A stretch of DNA of 63,973 nucleotides, counting the filler, from Reticulomyxa filosa (Eukaryota; Protista; Foraminifera), in the NCBI GenBank assembly GCA_000512085.1. It is 25 parts of 25 records of this genome, joined end to end, with 100 filler letters (N's around TTAATTAATTAA, not from the genome) between each part and the next. Parts side by side here need not be neighbours in the genome. Positions count along the whole stretch, not along the records: positions 26,312 to 29,214 come from ASPP01021536.1; positions 29,315 to 31,304 come from ASPP01033556.1; positions 31,405 to 34,934 come from ASPP01011002.1; positions 35,035 to 36,856 come from ASPP01001583.1; positions 36,957 to 38,078 come from ASPP01022355.1; positions 38,179 to 39,779 come from ASPP01016391.1; positions 39,880 to 41,241 come from ASPP01014889.1; 18 more parts are not named here. The stretch is one strand, 5' to 3'. Below the pieces are notes generated by a model. That model saw nothing but the letters and a program-made list of their open reading frames with translations. It was not told the origin of the DNA and ran no database searches. How positions within the stretch are numbered: position 1 is the first letter of the stretch; each line of letters starts with the position of its first letter. Positions 27,872 through 41,241 of this stretch are shown piece by piece. The position numbers and the translations under genes are program-made.

Positions 27872-29159
27872 TCAAAAAACAGAGGCATCTCGCAATGTTC
27901 GTTTGATCACAGAAATATTTACACCAGCGACAATGGATTGCATGGCTTTGGTGTCTAAACAACATGTGGAGTGGAAATACAGGACCCTTTTTTCAGGCCA
28001 GTCTTGAGGACAGTCATTATGCCAAATGGACTCAAACTTTTGCTGGACATACCGAATGATTTTTGCTTTGTCATGTTTGGAGTCTTCATCAAATGTTGTA
28101 TCATAAACTGTGAATGGAACTGTTTGCAGTTTGTCGTCAAACAGATCCAGCTATCATTTCACAAAAAAAAAAAAAAGTAATAAAAATGTGTGTACGTACC
28201 CATGAACATAAAAGAATTGATTAAACAAAAAAGTTTGGACATAAATAAATTGTGGATAAAAGTATCATCCTATATGAACGAACAAAAAAAAAAAAAATAA
28301 AAAAAAAAGGGGGTGGGAAGAAAGTAACTTTATTTAAAAATAAAACAAAATCGGTGGCTTGAAAGACAGGATTGCAAGAGACTTCATGAAAAACATTGAA
28401 TGATTCGTCATAGCACTTGACATCATTATTTTCATAAATGACTTGGTCATATCCACTAAGGGACATAACATAGAAAACAACGTTGACACCACCAAACACT
28501 TTAACCCATTTTTTTCGTTCACTTCGTTGTCCACCAACGTCAGTAATTCGAAAGTTCCATATCTTATTTTGAATCTTGGGCTTGATGTTGTACGTCAACA
28601 CACCACTCGTCTGGTCACGGATACGTAAGTAGTCTTCCCATGTAGGGATATATTGCATTTGGCTTAGCTCGATATGATCCACGTCATCACCGTTATCACC
28701 ATCATCATACATGTTATCATCAACAAACTTTTTTTCATCTATGTTTTGTTGATCCCTTTCTTCTCCGCTTACGTATAACTTATCAATTTTGTTCAAAAAA
28801 AAGGGCGTATTGTCCATTACATGTTGCTTGCGACGATACTCGAATGTACTTTGAATCCCTTCACTTGCCCAGATTTTTTTTATTGTCTCGGCCATTTGCT
28901 TTCGAATCACTGGCTGCTTGTACAAGAGTATATTGTCTTTTACCATCGCATCTACCAGCTGACGGCAATCTTCGTCCATTCTCTCATACCCTTTCCTTTT
29001 CTCACGATCTTTTTTATTCCACACACACAGGTCGTATATGTCACACCACACCATCTTGTGGATCTCTTCCAAACACTGCACCACATCAAATTGCTTTTTT
29101 TCTTCTTGCTCATTATGGATTCTCAATAGCTGCTTCACCACTGTCGTTTTACCGCTTAC
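27872..29159 (-). CDS. Heterotrimeric G-protein alpha subunit, 5' partial
   Basis: SGKTTVVKQL, YLRIRDQTSGV, DVGGQRSERKKW, LFLNK|LD, HSTCCLDT. The terminal exon spans 28150-27872. Confidence 0.95.
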
Positions 29160-29559
29160 CTTTTTTTTTTTTTTTTGCAAGAGGTGAAATTTTTAGTTTT
29201 TGATTGGCCTTGTTNNNNNNNNNNNNNNNNNNNNNNNNNNNNNNNNNNNNNNNNNNNNTTAATTAATTAANNNNNNNNNNNNNNNNNNNNNNNNNNNNNN
29301 NNNNNNNNNNNNNNTGTCTCTATCTCATTAGGCTGCATTACACAAATCAAAAAAAAAAAGTGTACATATATTGAACGACAAAAGAAAAATATAGATCATT
29401 CTTTCGTTTTACACTTCCAAAAACACGTTCAAACCAATCAATCAATTATACAAATGAAAAAAGCAGTGAATAGCACCTACTTAACATTGACGATCTGCGA
29501 TCACTCCTGTGCGTACTGTACTTTGACAGAGTCCTTTAGAACGCCCACACACACACAAT

Positions 29560-30015
29560 CGCAACGAGGCAATATTTTTCAGCTCGACTTGTCCCGCCAT
29601 CGGTTTATGCATTTTTGCAAATGTTCATCCGCGATATTTAATCCCCCAATGTCTTGACACAAATTGGAAAGTCTCTTTTTCGGTTGGCGATTTGGGAGAC
29701 GTAACTTCCACCTTGTTATCCGTTTCTTGTGTGTTTGCCACTGAAGATTTTTCATCTTCACTTCGTGTGCTTTCTTCGCTCATGTCGATGCTAAGCTTGG
29801 GACTGATATGCCATGCTTCGTGTTGGCAACTTTGTAAAGGCCGTTGTTTTGTGACTTGTTTGAGGCGCTGTCGTCATTAAGTATTTGCTTGTGCTTGTGT
29901 TGGCTGTTATTGACATTGGGTTAGCCGTGTTGGGAACTCGAGATGATTGAACATATGACGTTGGTAAGCGCTTTGTCAGAGAGTCCAGCTCTTCTGATGT
30001 TTTATGCTGAGACAT
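29560..30015 (-). pseudogene. Degenerate S/T-rich coding relic
   Basis: Coding-like sequence is split over three frames with stops (MSQHKT.., SIDMSEESTRSEDEK.., KRLSNLCQDIGGLNIADEHL). Confidence 0.35.
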
Positions 30016-31493
30016 TGAGAGCTTTGATTTATTTTATTTAGTTTTGTTCAAAGGGGAATTCAAAAATTCTCAAATTAAGTTTTCTTTTTTTACAAGTTTG
30101 AAACACGGTGAAACATTAGCTTAAATTGATGAAATCAAAGTTATATTTAAATCTAAAAATACTCATATTTTAATTTTTGAATACAAAGGACTAGAAAACA
30201 CAAGGGTTTAAATAAACGACATTTGCACCCTTCAGCAATGAAATTTTGGTCGTCTGTGTTTCCAAGTGTCTCAAGTTGAAAGACTCAAGCTTCTTTTATG
30301 GTTTTTATCTTTTTCATGAAGTTATATGTTCGCTGCATCACTGTTTTGAAAAATATTTTTTTTGCAATCTTGAACTTCTTGTTCAATGTTTCCTTTGTTT
30401 GGTTGTTTCTTTTTGAAAATATTGCAACATTTTTTTTTTTGTTTAAACTGCCTGCTTGAGATGCATCATATTTGCATTCAAAAGAAAAGAATGCTAAAAA
30501 GAGACAAAGCTTATTTCAGATGAAATTGGATTTAGAACAGGAGACTAGACCAGTTTACAGCAGAATATTGAACACTTTGTGCAATATTGATCTGTCTTGT
30601 TATCACATACAGCCCGAAAAGAGCTTTTCGTGGCAGAAATATTCTCAAATAAAATTAAGATAGCTTTACTAAATCAGTGATTATTTACAGAAGTAGAAGT
30701 ACTGACGCCACGACATATCTCCGAACAAAACATATACTAGATTGTCAAGTAGTACATGTTCAACAATTATCAAAATAAGGATCAATTTTTAAGAAAAAAT
30801 TTATATTAAAAAAAAAAGACTGTTGAGTTTTATTTTAAGTTTTTTAAGTTTTGTTCCTTTTTTAAAATCTGTAATAACAGATTCGTATCAAATTCATGAA
30901 AAATTTTCATAGTAATAATTTTTTGAAATTCACGTAAAAAATTATGTTATAGATATAGTATCACATACTAAAATTTTCGATATATAATTTATCAATTTAG
31001 CCTTGTGGTTAGTGAATGTATGATACAATGATATTAATTAGTATAAGGTCACGATATTTAACTTTTCTAGGGTGGTTCCATCGATATTAGATAGCATTCC
31101 GGTTGTACATTTATTAAGCACATTATGTGATTGACATACATATCATATATGTTTGTATATCTAATTTAGTACATTTCAAGCATTTAAAGAAAATACAAAA
31201 ATATCTTAAATTATTATAAAGTTTCCTTTTTTTTTTTCTTCTCATTATCAAAATCATATATACAATTCAATTTTTTCCAACATTAGAAAAGTCATTATTA
31301 TATCNNNNNNNNNNNNNNNNNNNNNNNNNNNNNNNNNNNNNNNNNNNNTTAATTAATTAANNNNNNNNNNNNNNNNNNNNNNNNNNNNNNNNNNNNNNNN
31401 NNNNAAAAAAAAAAAAATTGCAAATGTAAATGTTTTTTTGTTTTTTGATGTGTCATCCAATTTTGTGGCTATGCATTCGAATAAACACTTAAC

Positions 31494-32258
31494 CAAATCC
31501 GGTGCTCACATACTGGTTCAATCCATTGACAAACCCAACACATTCACCCAACGCACGGTAGTTCCAAACAATGTAACCGTGGTTCGATGGCATCCTAAAG
31601 GTGACATTTGTTTGAAAACAAACGCAATGCAGACAATATAATAATTAAAAAAAAATTGGGTGATCACACGGAAAAAGGTATGTTAGCACAAGTAAAAAAA
31701 GAAAGGTAGAGGGTTAGAAACGTTTATAAACGACAAAAAAAAAACAAACAAAGTTACCATGAAGATAATTCTGAGACCATGTAGGACTGTGGCAAGGAAT
31801 AAACAAACGGAACCAGTGCCAAACCCAAAAGTGTCAATCCTGTTCCAATATAAAAAATCGGTTTATTTATGAGTAGTCCACATTTTTATTTGCCTTTACC
31901 CTACACACCAACTCATACCCTTTTCCTCTCTTTGTTTGATCAATATTTTCTTCCACACCTGGCCCTGCGGCTTGAACCACTGTCTCACATCCATAGGGAC
32001 CAGAAGAAGACATGATAAAGATCATGAAGGAGAATTGAAAAAGGCTTAGTTTTCCTGGTCCTTTCTTTTCTGTTTCATTTGATGTCTTCTTTTTGTTTGC
32101 TGGCTTCTCGTTTCCAACATTTTCTGCAGAGTCAGAAGAAAGGGATTCGGAAGAATTATGTGGGGACGACTCCCTTTGATCCTTTTCGGGGTTTAGTAAA
32201 TGATGCTTCAGTTTTGGAGATAAAATGAGTGTGAAAAGCAAAGATTTTTCAATTTCCC
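31494..32258 (-). CDS. APC-superfamily amino acid/polyamine transporter (PUT/LAT-like), N-terminal exons, 3' partial
   Basis: KLSLFQFSFMIFIMSSSGPYGCETVVQAAGP / LGLALVPFVYSLPQSYMVSELSS / MPSNHGYIVWNYRALGECVGFVNG. The start codon was not located. Confidence 0.85.
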
Positions 32259-34485
32259 CTTAAAGTTTTTTCCGTAGTTTTTGTGGCTGGTAGGTACTTT
32301 TTCGTTAGTTTTTCCCCTAAAAATTTACACTTAAAAGAAGCCTTTTAAAAAATTTTTACTTTTGAACCGGTCTTATCCACAAAACGCTGTGCAGATGCAA
32401 AAATCAATTTTGGTAGAGTTAATAATATTGTTTGATTTTCAAATAAGTGAGCAGCAATTATCTATTCCATTTCGCTTCATTCTATATATTTCACAAAGAT
32501 AAAGTACTTATTTGTGTATATTATCACAACACTGCTTCTGTTATAGTAAAAAAATTCAAGTGTCTTAAACGCATTTCATTTTTTTGCTATCTAAAATAAA
32601 AGAAGTTACTATTTTTTTATTTTTTTTTGGAATGCTGTACAACCTTGGTGTTAACGGAATAGCACCATTTGTAATATCATTCATAAATCGATAAGATCTT
32701 GGTTAAAAAGGGATATTCTTGTATTTCTTTCTTTTCTTTATTTGACTTAACATTCTAATTTTTCAAAATAATGTGGTTAATCTTTTAAATCAAACAAAAA
32801 AGTCTTGAAAAATTTCAATCCAGCACTGTCTTAGATTTGCAAATGTATGTTGTGTAGAAACAGTTACTGCGACTAAGTGTAATACGAAAGGAACTTAGTT
32901 CCGAAAGTAAATCTCAGTAAAAAGAAAGTAAATAAGAATAATTACAACAAAATAAGAAAAGAGCAAAAGGCAAGAGAAAGTGAGTTGTGTTTGTGAAGAA
33001 AATTTAGCACACTGGGGACTCTAGTGTTCCCTTAGAACTTTGTTCTTCACAATAGGGAATTGCTCTACAAATTATATATTATACTTATATTTTTATAATC
33101 TTCATATTTGAGTAAAGTATTTTTAAAAATCATTTCACTTACTGCATTACAAAATCAAATTGTAATTACTTGTTGATCAAAAATTAATTTTAATTTTGAA
33201 TTGGCTGTACCAAATTTGTCGATACTTGTCAAAACAACTGATAGTTTTATCTTTTTAAAGTTGTTTTATGATTTGTATCTTATACCACAATTACTTTACT
33301 TTCACACAACGATAATTGAATTCCTCTTGTAACAAATCTTTTTTGAGTTTGTTGACACAATTCCACACTAGAATCTTCTATATCTCTCCGTCAAGACAAA
33401 AAGTTGGATGCATTGTATACAAATGATAGTCTTAATTAGTCAGCTATAAATGACTCAAAAAAGAATATCTTGCATTTATTTGTAGTTGCAATGTTAAATG
33501 TTTTTTTTGTAATAATAATCTTTACTCGAATAACAATATATTGTAAAATTGTAATTATAAATTTTTTGCTTAGAGTGTGTGATAGAGAGAATGCTTGAGC
33601 GTGTTGAACAGTTATAGATAATTTTTGCATTTAATATTCAAAATCGACTCAATGTCAGCGATATCATTTGCAATCGATTTGTAAAAAAAATCAATTATGC
33701 GCTATAATTGGTCGAATTAACAAGTACGCCTTATGTCGTGTATCTGTGTCTTGACATTCTTTTATCCATTGAATAATTTTGAGTATGACTTCGAATCAGT
33801 TTCTTTTTTTTTGTCATCTTGAAAGGAGAGCAAATTTCAGGTGCTTGCTTCATTGCATTGGAAGAGTTTCAAGGTTACAGAAACAACAACACTATAATAC
33901 TCATACTTGAAAATCAATACAATGAGCCACGGGATATCATTAAAAACGCAGGAAAACGATGAACGTGTAGTACTCATGATGTCGTAATAAGTAATTCTCG
34001 CACTACAAGTGAATTTTGGAACCCCTTTATTCTAACAACACTACTCACTTTTACGACTTGTCTTTCCTCTTTCACTTGTTGAATCTTGTTGCTTGTTTTC
34101 TCTTTTATTCAAATTATTACTCTTTTGTTTTAAATTGCTCAAAAGAGCGAAAAACTTTCGTATTACAGTTTGCGCACCTCTCTAAGCAGCAGAAAACCCA
34201 CAAACGGAACTGCAGAAATGATCAATCACGTGAAGAGAAAAGTTGTAAGAAGAAGACAATACACGAGAACCATGTTGTCAGTGAACTTGCAAAGTTCTCC
34301 TCAATTACATTTATTTTGGAAATTGAAAGCCGACTATCGCATACGTGAGATTAAACAAAACCTTGCATATTTTTCACTTAAAAACAGTGAATCAATTTAC
34401 ATAAACTCAAGAACCAATTTTATCTTATTTAGGTATTTGTGATAACACTATCTTTTTACACAATAAAAATGCAAGTGGACAAAAA

Positions 34486-34934
34486 TCAAGATGGCTGAAT
34501 TGCTTTAAGAAAGGTATTTTTTGTCCAAGCTTTTTTAAACGGCGAAGGGGGTAATGGTTGTTGGTCTTGTTTTTTCCATTCTTGATATGCACATTGATAT
34601 GCACTAGCACAATAACTCCATGTTAATGATTGATGTGGAAAATATTCTAATTGATTGTCAGGGAGATCTTGCTCCAACCAATGACTAAATTGAGAGTTTT
34701 CATCTCGTATAATCTGTCCTTGTTTATAAGCTACTTCACGCCATGTCTTTAATATATCTTTCATGATTCCTAATGATTTTCTCTTCACAAAATCTTCAAT
34801 TTGTGATTGGATTCTATTAGGTAATGCTTGTTGATAAATATCAAGAACAAATGGAGTAATTGAATTTTCATTCAAATATTCCAATTGAACTAAATTGTTT
34901 AATTGATGCCACAATACTCCAATATGTTCAACAT
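34486..34934 (-). CDS. Hypothetical protein C-terminal fragment
   Basis: Open frame of about 145 aa from the contig edge; no recognised motif. Confidence 0.4.
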
Positions 34935-35034
34935 NNNNNNNNNNNNNNNNNNNNNNNNNNNNNNNNNNNNNNNNNNNNTTAATTAATTAANNNNNNNNNN
35001 NNNNNNNNNNNNNNNNNNNNNNNNNNNNNNNNNN

Positions 35035-36047
35035 ACATTGAATTCCAATGATGATTTCTTTGGATTTCCAAGTTGTAAAGATTTAATTTTGGATTTATTT
35101 TCATCAAATAACATTATTGTTCGATGTTCATAATCAAATACACTACTATAATCTTTCCATTTTCCATTCCATAACATACACACTCTGCTTGGAATATTAT
35201 ATCTTGTTTTATATCTATTTAAAATAATTGATTATATCATTTATATATTTATATATTTATATCATTTGTTTTATTAACAACATACATTATTTGATGGGAA
35301 ACTACTGATCGATAACAATTCCACAGATGTAATAATGGAATCTTATATTGATAATGCCAATTATCATCATTTTCTTTTTTGAATCCAATATACTGCAGCT
35401 CTCTTTCCATACCTGTGAATACTTGTTTAAAATCAGCACCTGACGTATGACATTGTTTGGCCAAATAGTAGTATAAAGCTTGTTTGTGAATTTGACGAAA
35501 TTTGATATGTTTAGGATATTTTAAAATATTCCACAAAATATGCAAACACATTTCTCGAGTTATTTTTAATTCTTTTTCTTCTTCAGATCTATATTCAGTA
35601 TTTTTTTGTTTTACTTTACAGTAATAATATTTTGTAACGTATTTAACTTATTCAAATTCGATGTTGCACAAATTTCTCTTAATTTCGCGAATGTATCAAC
35701 AAAAATTTGGTTACAATTTCTCCATGTTTGTGATATTATTGTCTTTTCAAGTTTATTGTCAAATGTTTTGAATAATTGCATCAAATATTGTTGTTGATGT
35801 AAATTTGTGCTATATTAAAATATTAAGATATTGAGGCAATATTTATTTTTTTATATATTAAAAAAAAAAGAAGATAATAGAAATTTGCTGTTACGTGTTT
35901 TCAGTTAGCCATGTTAAAACACTTTTTGTCTCTTCAACATCTTGATTAAACCATTTCAATACATCTGAAATGATCTCTTCATCTAGCTTAGGGAACGTTT
36001 GTTGAAGTTGTACAAGCATAATAATGCTGAAGTTAATTTCAAGTAAC
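35035..36047 (-). CDS. CUE-like + PUB-like domain protein, 4 exons, 3' partial
   Basis: CUE consensus LQQTFPKLDEEIISDVLKWFNQDVEETKSVL, a second degenerate copy LMQLFKTFDNKLEKTIISQTW, and PUB-like CLHILWNILKYPKHIKFRQI...LQYIGF. The first three exons join in phase. Confidence 0.6.
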
Positions 36048-36361
36048 CTTTTTTTTAATTTAAAATTATTAAATGAATTTCATTATAAATTTGCAATCTT
36101 TTGAATTTTTGATTTTACTTGTTTTTTGTCTTGAAATAATCTAAATCTATTGCCACAAATGGAGAAGCGCAAATTAGAAATAAAGGGAAAGCAAATTAAA
36201 TGAAAATAAAAGGAATTAGAAGTATATGACAAAAAAAGAATTAATATAGAAGGAACCAAAAAAGAACATCTCATTTTTAAAGGAAGAATTAAAGAAAATA
36301 GTAAGAAAAAGACAAATGGAAAAGAGTGATTGTTGTCCAATCTCAATGATTTGTTTCTTGG

Positions 36362-36856
36362 ATGAACAGTACAAGGAATAAGAGCAAAGAAACTTTGAAG
36401 GAGTTGCTACTCCACTTTATCAATCTCAATGTGTGCTACACAAACACGAACTCCTCATTTGTGGAGGTCTTAATAAAAGAGCTTGTTATTCTTATCATAC
36501 ACTTAAAAACGAATACAAGTTTATCTGTGAGTATCCAAGTGGTGTTGAATTATGGGGACATTGTGTAGTGAAACTGGTAGATAATAACAGTAACAACGAC
36601 AAAGGCCACAATCTAATCACTTTGTTGTCTTTTGGTGGAGATGATGAATATGCAAGACATACATTGGTGATGAAATATGTAAGTTTTTGGAGTGATGATA
36701 ACAATAATAATGGTGAAAGACAAATAAATCAAATAATTACAATGAATGGATTCCTTTCACAGACAATCACAATCATCCAATTCTCATTGGAAGAGATGAT
36801 GATTATGTTGGAGCGCGTGCATTGATTGGTGGAATCAACAATCATTTGTTATTTAT
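36362..36856 (+). pseudogene. Kelch-like repeat family member with two apparent frameshifts, 3' partial
   Basis: LKEL(P)TPLYQSQCVLHKHELLICGG..CYSYHTLKNEYKFICEYP..GHCVV..LLSFGG, then WIPFTDNHNHPILIGRDDDYVGARALIGG. Frame changes near 36407 and 36720 could be sequencing errors. Confidence 0.7.
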
Positions 36857-36956
36857 NNNNNNNNNNNNNNNNNNNNNNNNNNNNNNNNNNNNNNNNNNNN
36901 TTAATTAATTAANNNNNNNNNNNNNNNNNNNNNNNNNNNNNNNNNNNNNNNNNNNN

Positions 36957-37980
36957 CAGCTTCGTTCGAGTGTGACCGCGAATGCGAATGCGAATGTGAA
37001 CGTGAATGCGAGCGCAAATGGGGGTATGAGGATGAGTTTTCGTTTGCGCATTTGACATTATCATTGGCATTGATGTTAGTATTAGTAGTATTAGTGATAT
37101 GACCATAATCAAGATCAATATGATCACGTCCATTAATACTGACATTGGATTGGAATGAGTTATACGTAGCCTTATCTTTGGACACGACAACAGTGGTGGT
37201 GGGTACAAAAGCAAAGTGTGGTGAGTGTGACTCCTGACCAACAAGTAAAGCAGACATATGAGGTGTCTGATGCGTCTGAGGAGGAGGAGCTGATTTGCCT
37301 TGCACATAGTCAATGAGAAAGCTGTCCTCGTAGCTGCTAAAGTCGACGATATCTCGCTTGGCAGTGTTGAGAACGCGTCTGCGTCGACGATGATGTCTCC
37401 AGATCATGATCATGCGCAGGAACTGAGCGACGAAGCGCACTAAAAGAATGACGGTGAACAAGAGCTGCGACGAAGGGACAGTCCAATAGACAGGCAAAGC
37501 CATGACACAGAGCAGCACAATGATAAAATCAAACATATTAGTGCACGACGTCCAGTACTTGCGAGGATTGGCCAATATTTGCATAAAGATATCAAACACC
37601 ATCAGACATACGCAGAATACGTCCAGCGCTTTCATCACTACTGGCTCCGTCTGCACGCCGGAGAGCACTCTGTGCTTGTCCAAGTCGTAGATCACCAACG
37701 TCACTGTAATGCCGATAATCACAAAGTAAATGCAGTAATACACTTTGCTATACAGAATCGTGAATGCACACACTTTGCGCTCGTTGGTACCCCAGAAACA
37801 ACACACACACAGTCCGCGATACATCCAGTCTGGACACATGTCGCTTCGCACGCACAGCACGTACTCGTAGAAACAGTCGCTGCAACACGGCTCGTTTTCT
37901 CCTGAAAACGACTTGTATCGCTTGAACAAGTCCTCTCTCTTCTTTCGAATTTGTCTTGCCCTTTTCCCACTTTTTGTCAT
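36957..37980 (-). CDS. Stand-alone voltage-sensor-like (S1-S4) membrane protein
   Basis: Four TM helices: S2 LDVFCVCLMVFDIFMQI, then KYWTSCTNMFDFIIVLL (S3), then S4 LLVRFVAQFLRMIMIWR. A hydrophilic tail follows with no pore module. Confidence 0.7.
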
Positions 37981-38014
37981 CTTTTGCAGTTTTGCTTCTT
38001 CTTCTTCATCATAT

Positions 38015-38033
38015 TCATTACTATTATTATTAC

Positions 38034-38078
<45 letters not shown>
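38015..38078. repeat. (TAT)n/(AAT)n microsatellite at contig end
   Basis: Directly visible. Confidence 0.9.
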
Positions 38079-38178
38079 NNNNNNNNNNNNNNNNNNNNNN
38101 NNNNNNNNNNNNNNNNNNNNNNTTAATTAATTAANNNNNNNNNNNNNNNNNNNNNNNNNNNNNNNNNNNNNNNNNNNN

Positions 38179-38982
38179 AACTCTTGATCGCTTCGTAGCG
38201 GGCTCCATTTCTTTTATATCGTGTTCATCGCTCATGTCCATCAAACTCCTTTTGTTTCGTCGTTGTCGTGCTTGTGCACTTGTGTTCCGCGTTAGTGCTG
38301 GTTCAGAGTCTTGCTTCTCCTGTTTTTTTATTTGTGTTTGGGATGATCTACTTTGCATTGGTATGTTGCAATACACAGATGGCGTACCTCCACCTCCACT
38401 TGTCTTCGACACCATGAGAATGACATTAACGATTGAAGGCAATTCTTTGTGCGCTGGTACAAATTTTCATCAGTCTATGCAAGTTTTTTTGCTTTTTGAA
38501 ATTCAAACATGTGAAAAATAAAAGATATGTTTGAATAAATACAAACCTTTTGGCGCTTGCTTGCCCGATCTGCTGTTGTTCCGTCACTTAGCTGACTAAA
38601 TTTTCTTTTACGTAGCGACCTCGTGTTTTTATTGTTATTGCCATCTATTCAACAGTTACATTTTGTGTTTTTGTATGTCAGTGCAAACATTTAATAATGA
38701 GCCTTTATGTTTTGTTAAAAAAAAAGATGTATGCATGTTTTTTCAGAAGCAAAAAGCTGAGTGTGGATACGTAGAAAAAAATCAAAAGACAAATGAAGGC
38801 AAAAGCAAAGTAGCTGTGCAAGTGAAAAAAATTTAAATTGGTTATTGTTTTATCCAAACATCCACGTTTTTTGTTGGAGCCAGTATGGCTCCTTTTTAGC
38901 TTTGCCTACCTGTGGTGTCATTCTTTCTTTCCTTTGTTGAGGCATTTCCTGCCATTTTCTTTTCTTTTTTTTCTGTTGCCAT
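38179..38982 (-). CDS. Hypothetical basic (NLS-rich) multi-exon protein, 3' partial
   Basis: Exons MATEKKEK.. / DGNNNKNTRSLRKRKFSQL..KRQK / TDENLYQR.. / EKQDSEPAL..PATKRSR join with GT-AG introns. Confidence 0.45.
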
Positions 38983-39232
38983 TTTTGTTTTTTTTAAACT
39001 TTCCTTGGAGACGTTAGCAGTGAACTGAAACTTTAAGGGTATTCTTACAACTTGGCAGTGCTTGAATTGAAAAAATCAATTAAACAATTGTTTTTAATTT
39101 TGCAAATATTTTTTTGCTCTGTTCAAAAAACAGACTGACGAAAAAGAAATAAGAAAGCGTCCCGACCTGACAAGCCTTAAAAATTGAGAAAAGAAAAAGG
39201 GTTACGCATTTCATCATTTTGAAAAACAAGAA

Positions 39233-39677
39233 ATGTCGAATCGATCTCGTTTTCACCACAAACAACATAACAATTATACTCAGCAAGTGAGTTACTTATC
39301 TGTAAAAGAGGGGAAAAAAAAAAGAGGACAGAATGATCAACAAAAAAAACGACACACCTTTTTAAAAAAAAGCAAAAATATAGCCGAACTCCTTACGACG
39401 AGTCGTACGGATATGATCAGCAAGAATTCGCATCATATGGGGAGAAAGAATCAGGACAAGGCAGTCGCACATCGCACACACGCCACACGCGCACGGGGAG
39501 TTTCCCAGTGCGTCCTCCATTCAAAAAAGGTGGTCGAGGACGCCAAAGCGGAGGGGGTGGCAAAAATGCGCAGCCACCACATACCACGAGGTCCCGAAAA
39601 GGCCATCAGCATCGATTTCCATTAACTCCGACTCAAACCAATCCAAAAACTGGGCATTCTCAGACTTCTCCAGAAGG
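39233..39677 (+). CDS. Hypothetical R/G/H-rich protein N-terminus, 3' partial
   Basis: ATG exon MSNRSRFHHKQHNNYTQQ, then a GC-rich exon ..PPFKKGGRGRQSGGGG.. Confidence 0.4.
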
Positions 39678-39979
39678 TCTGTACTATCTAACATGTCTAT
39701 CTATGTGTGTGTATATTTGTATGCGTATCAAACTATTATTCAAAAAAAGCACTCGCAATATCGCGATTTTTTTTTTTTTNNNNNNNNNNNNNNNNNNNNN
39801 NNNNNNNNNNNNNNNNNNNNNNNTTAATTAATTAANNNNNNNNNNNNNNNNNNNNNNNNNNNNNNNNNNNNNNNNNNNNTAAAAAAAAAAAAAAAAAAAA
39901 TGTTCGAAACCATAAATAGTCGGTAGACATATGGCATATCTAAAAAAATAAAAAAAAAAAAAAAATGTGCAATGACAGG

Positions 39980-41241
39980 GACTGTTGTCCTTTTTCGCAT
40001 GTGGTTGGGTGGTGGACACAATGGCCCGCGCAGAGGGTCTGATTGAACTGGCAAGCAACACGTTGATCAACAGCTCCTCGCAGCAAGTGTTGCGCCCTCC
40101 CCCGACCACCACGCTGATGGAAGAGAACAACAAGAATTGGAACACAAAGCCGAACAAAGGAAAGGAACATTCCGCGGACAAGAGTTGGAACGAAATCCAG
40201 AACCGATCCATCGAAGACTCCAGTCGATCCATGTTATTAAATTACTTGTCGCCAATGGCATCCTCTGAGTCAGTCGCACCCAAGTATGGCATTACCAGTC
40301 GCAAGTTTGAATTGAATCAATTGGTGGGGATGTTTGCCGGTCAAAAGTGGCGACGAGCGTATGAAATTTGTACATGCTTGTTTACAGTCGGAGCTTGCTG
40401 GGGGTTTGTTGTATATATGTATATATATATGTATGTGTATATGTTATGTAGAAATTTTTTTAACGAAGTTATAATTTTCAAACACAAGATACACAACAGT
40501 ATTTGGAAGTGCCCTTGCAAGACAAATTGGCATAAGTGGCTTATCTTCTCGTTGCAACATTGAAAATGATACTGAGACTAGTTTATTTTTTTTTTTTTTT
40601 TTTTTTAGAATTATAAAAAAAAAAAAGGGGGGGAGATAATTTGAGAGAAGTTATGAGGAAAAAAAAAAAATTGTGCCACTATTGTAATGTGAAATACACA
40701 TAGGCTGCGATGAGTTATATTTGGTGTACGTAGGTGTTTTTGCGCTGGTGATAATTCCATTGTCGCTGATGGACGTGACGGAACAAAAGTATTTGCAAGT
40801 GCTGCTAATGATTTTGCGCTATGTGCTAATCTTTCTCATGTCCATCACCAGCATCTGTCTCTTATATAGCGATTACATCCCGACCACCGGGGCTGGCTAT
40901 GAACTCAGTCCCAACTCTGGCCATACTGCCCGCTACGGAAAGGACAATAAGTCGTATCAATCCAATGTCCGTTTATTGTTTTCTTTTGTGTCTGTTGCAG
41001 GTAAATCAATATTTATGTTTGTGTGTATACGTATTTTTATTTTTTGTTTTGTTTTGTTTTCTTTCTCTTTACGTTTTGTAATAATGTGCTTTTGTGCAAA
41101 TTGGTGAAATGGAACAGCTTTTGCAGTAATGTACACTCATGGAATTCCAACGTTATCTCAGCCTGTGTTCAATAAAAGGCCATTGACTTGGATCTACTTT
41201 GCCGTTTGTATGTCCTGCTTTGTATTGTTACGATGTGTGTC
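39980..41241 (+). CDS. TMEM104-like amino acid transporter (Aa_trans family), internal exons
   Basis: SFFACGWVVDTMARAEG, ITSRKFELNQLVGMF, YLVYVGVFALVIIPLSLMDVTEQKYLQVLLMILRY, HGIPTLSQPV. Confidence 0.75.
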
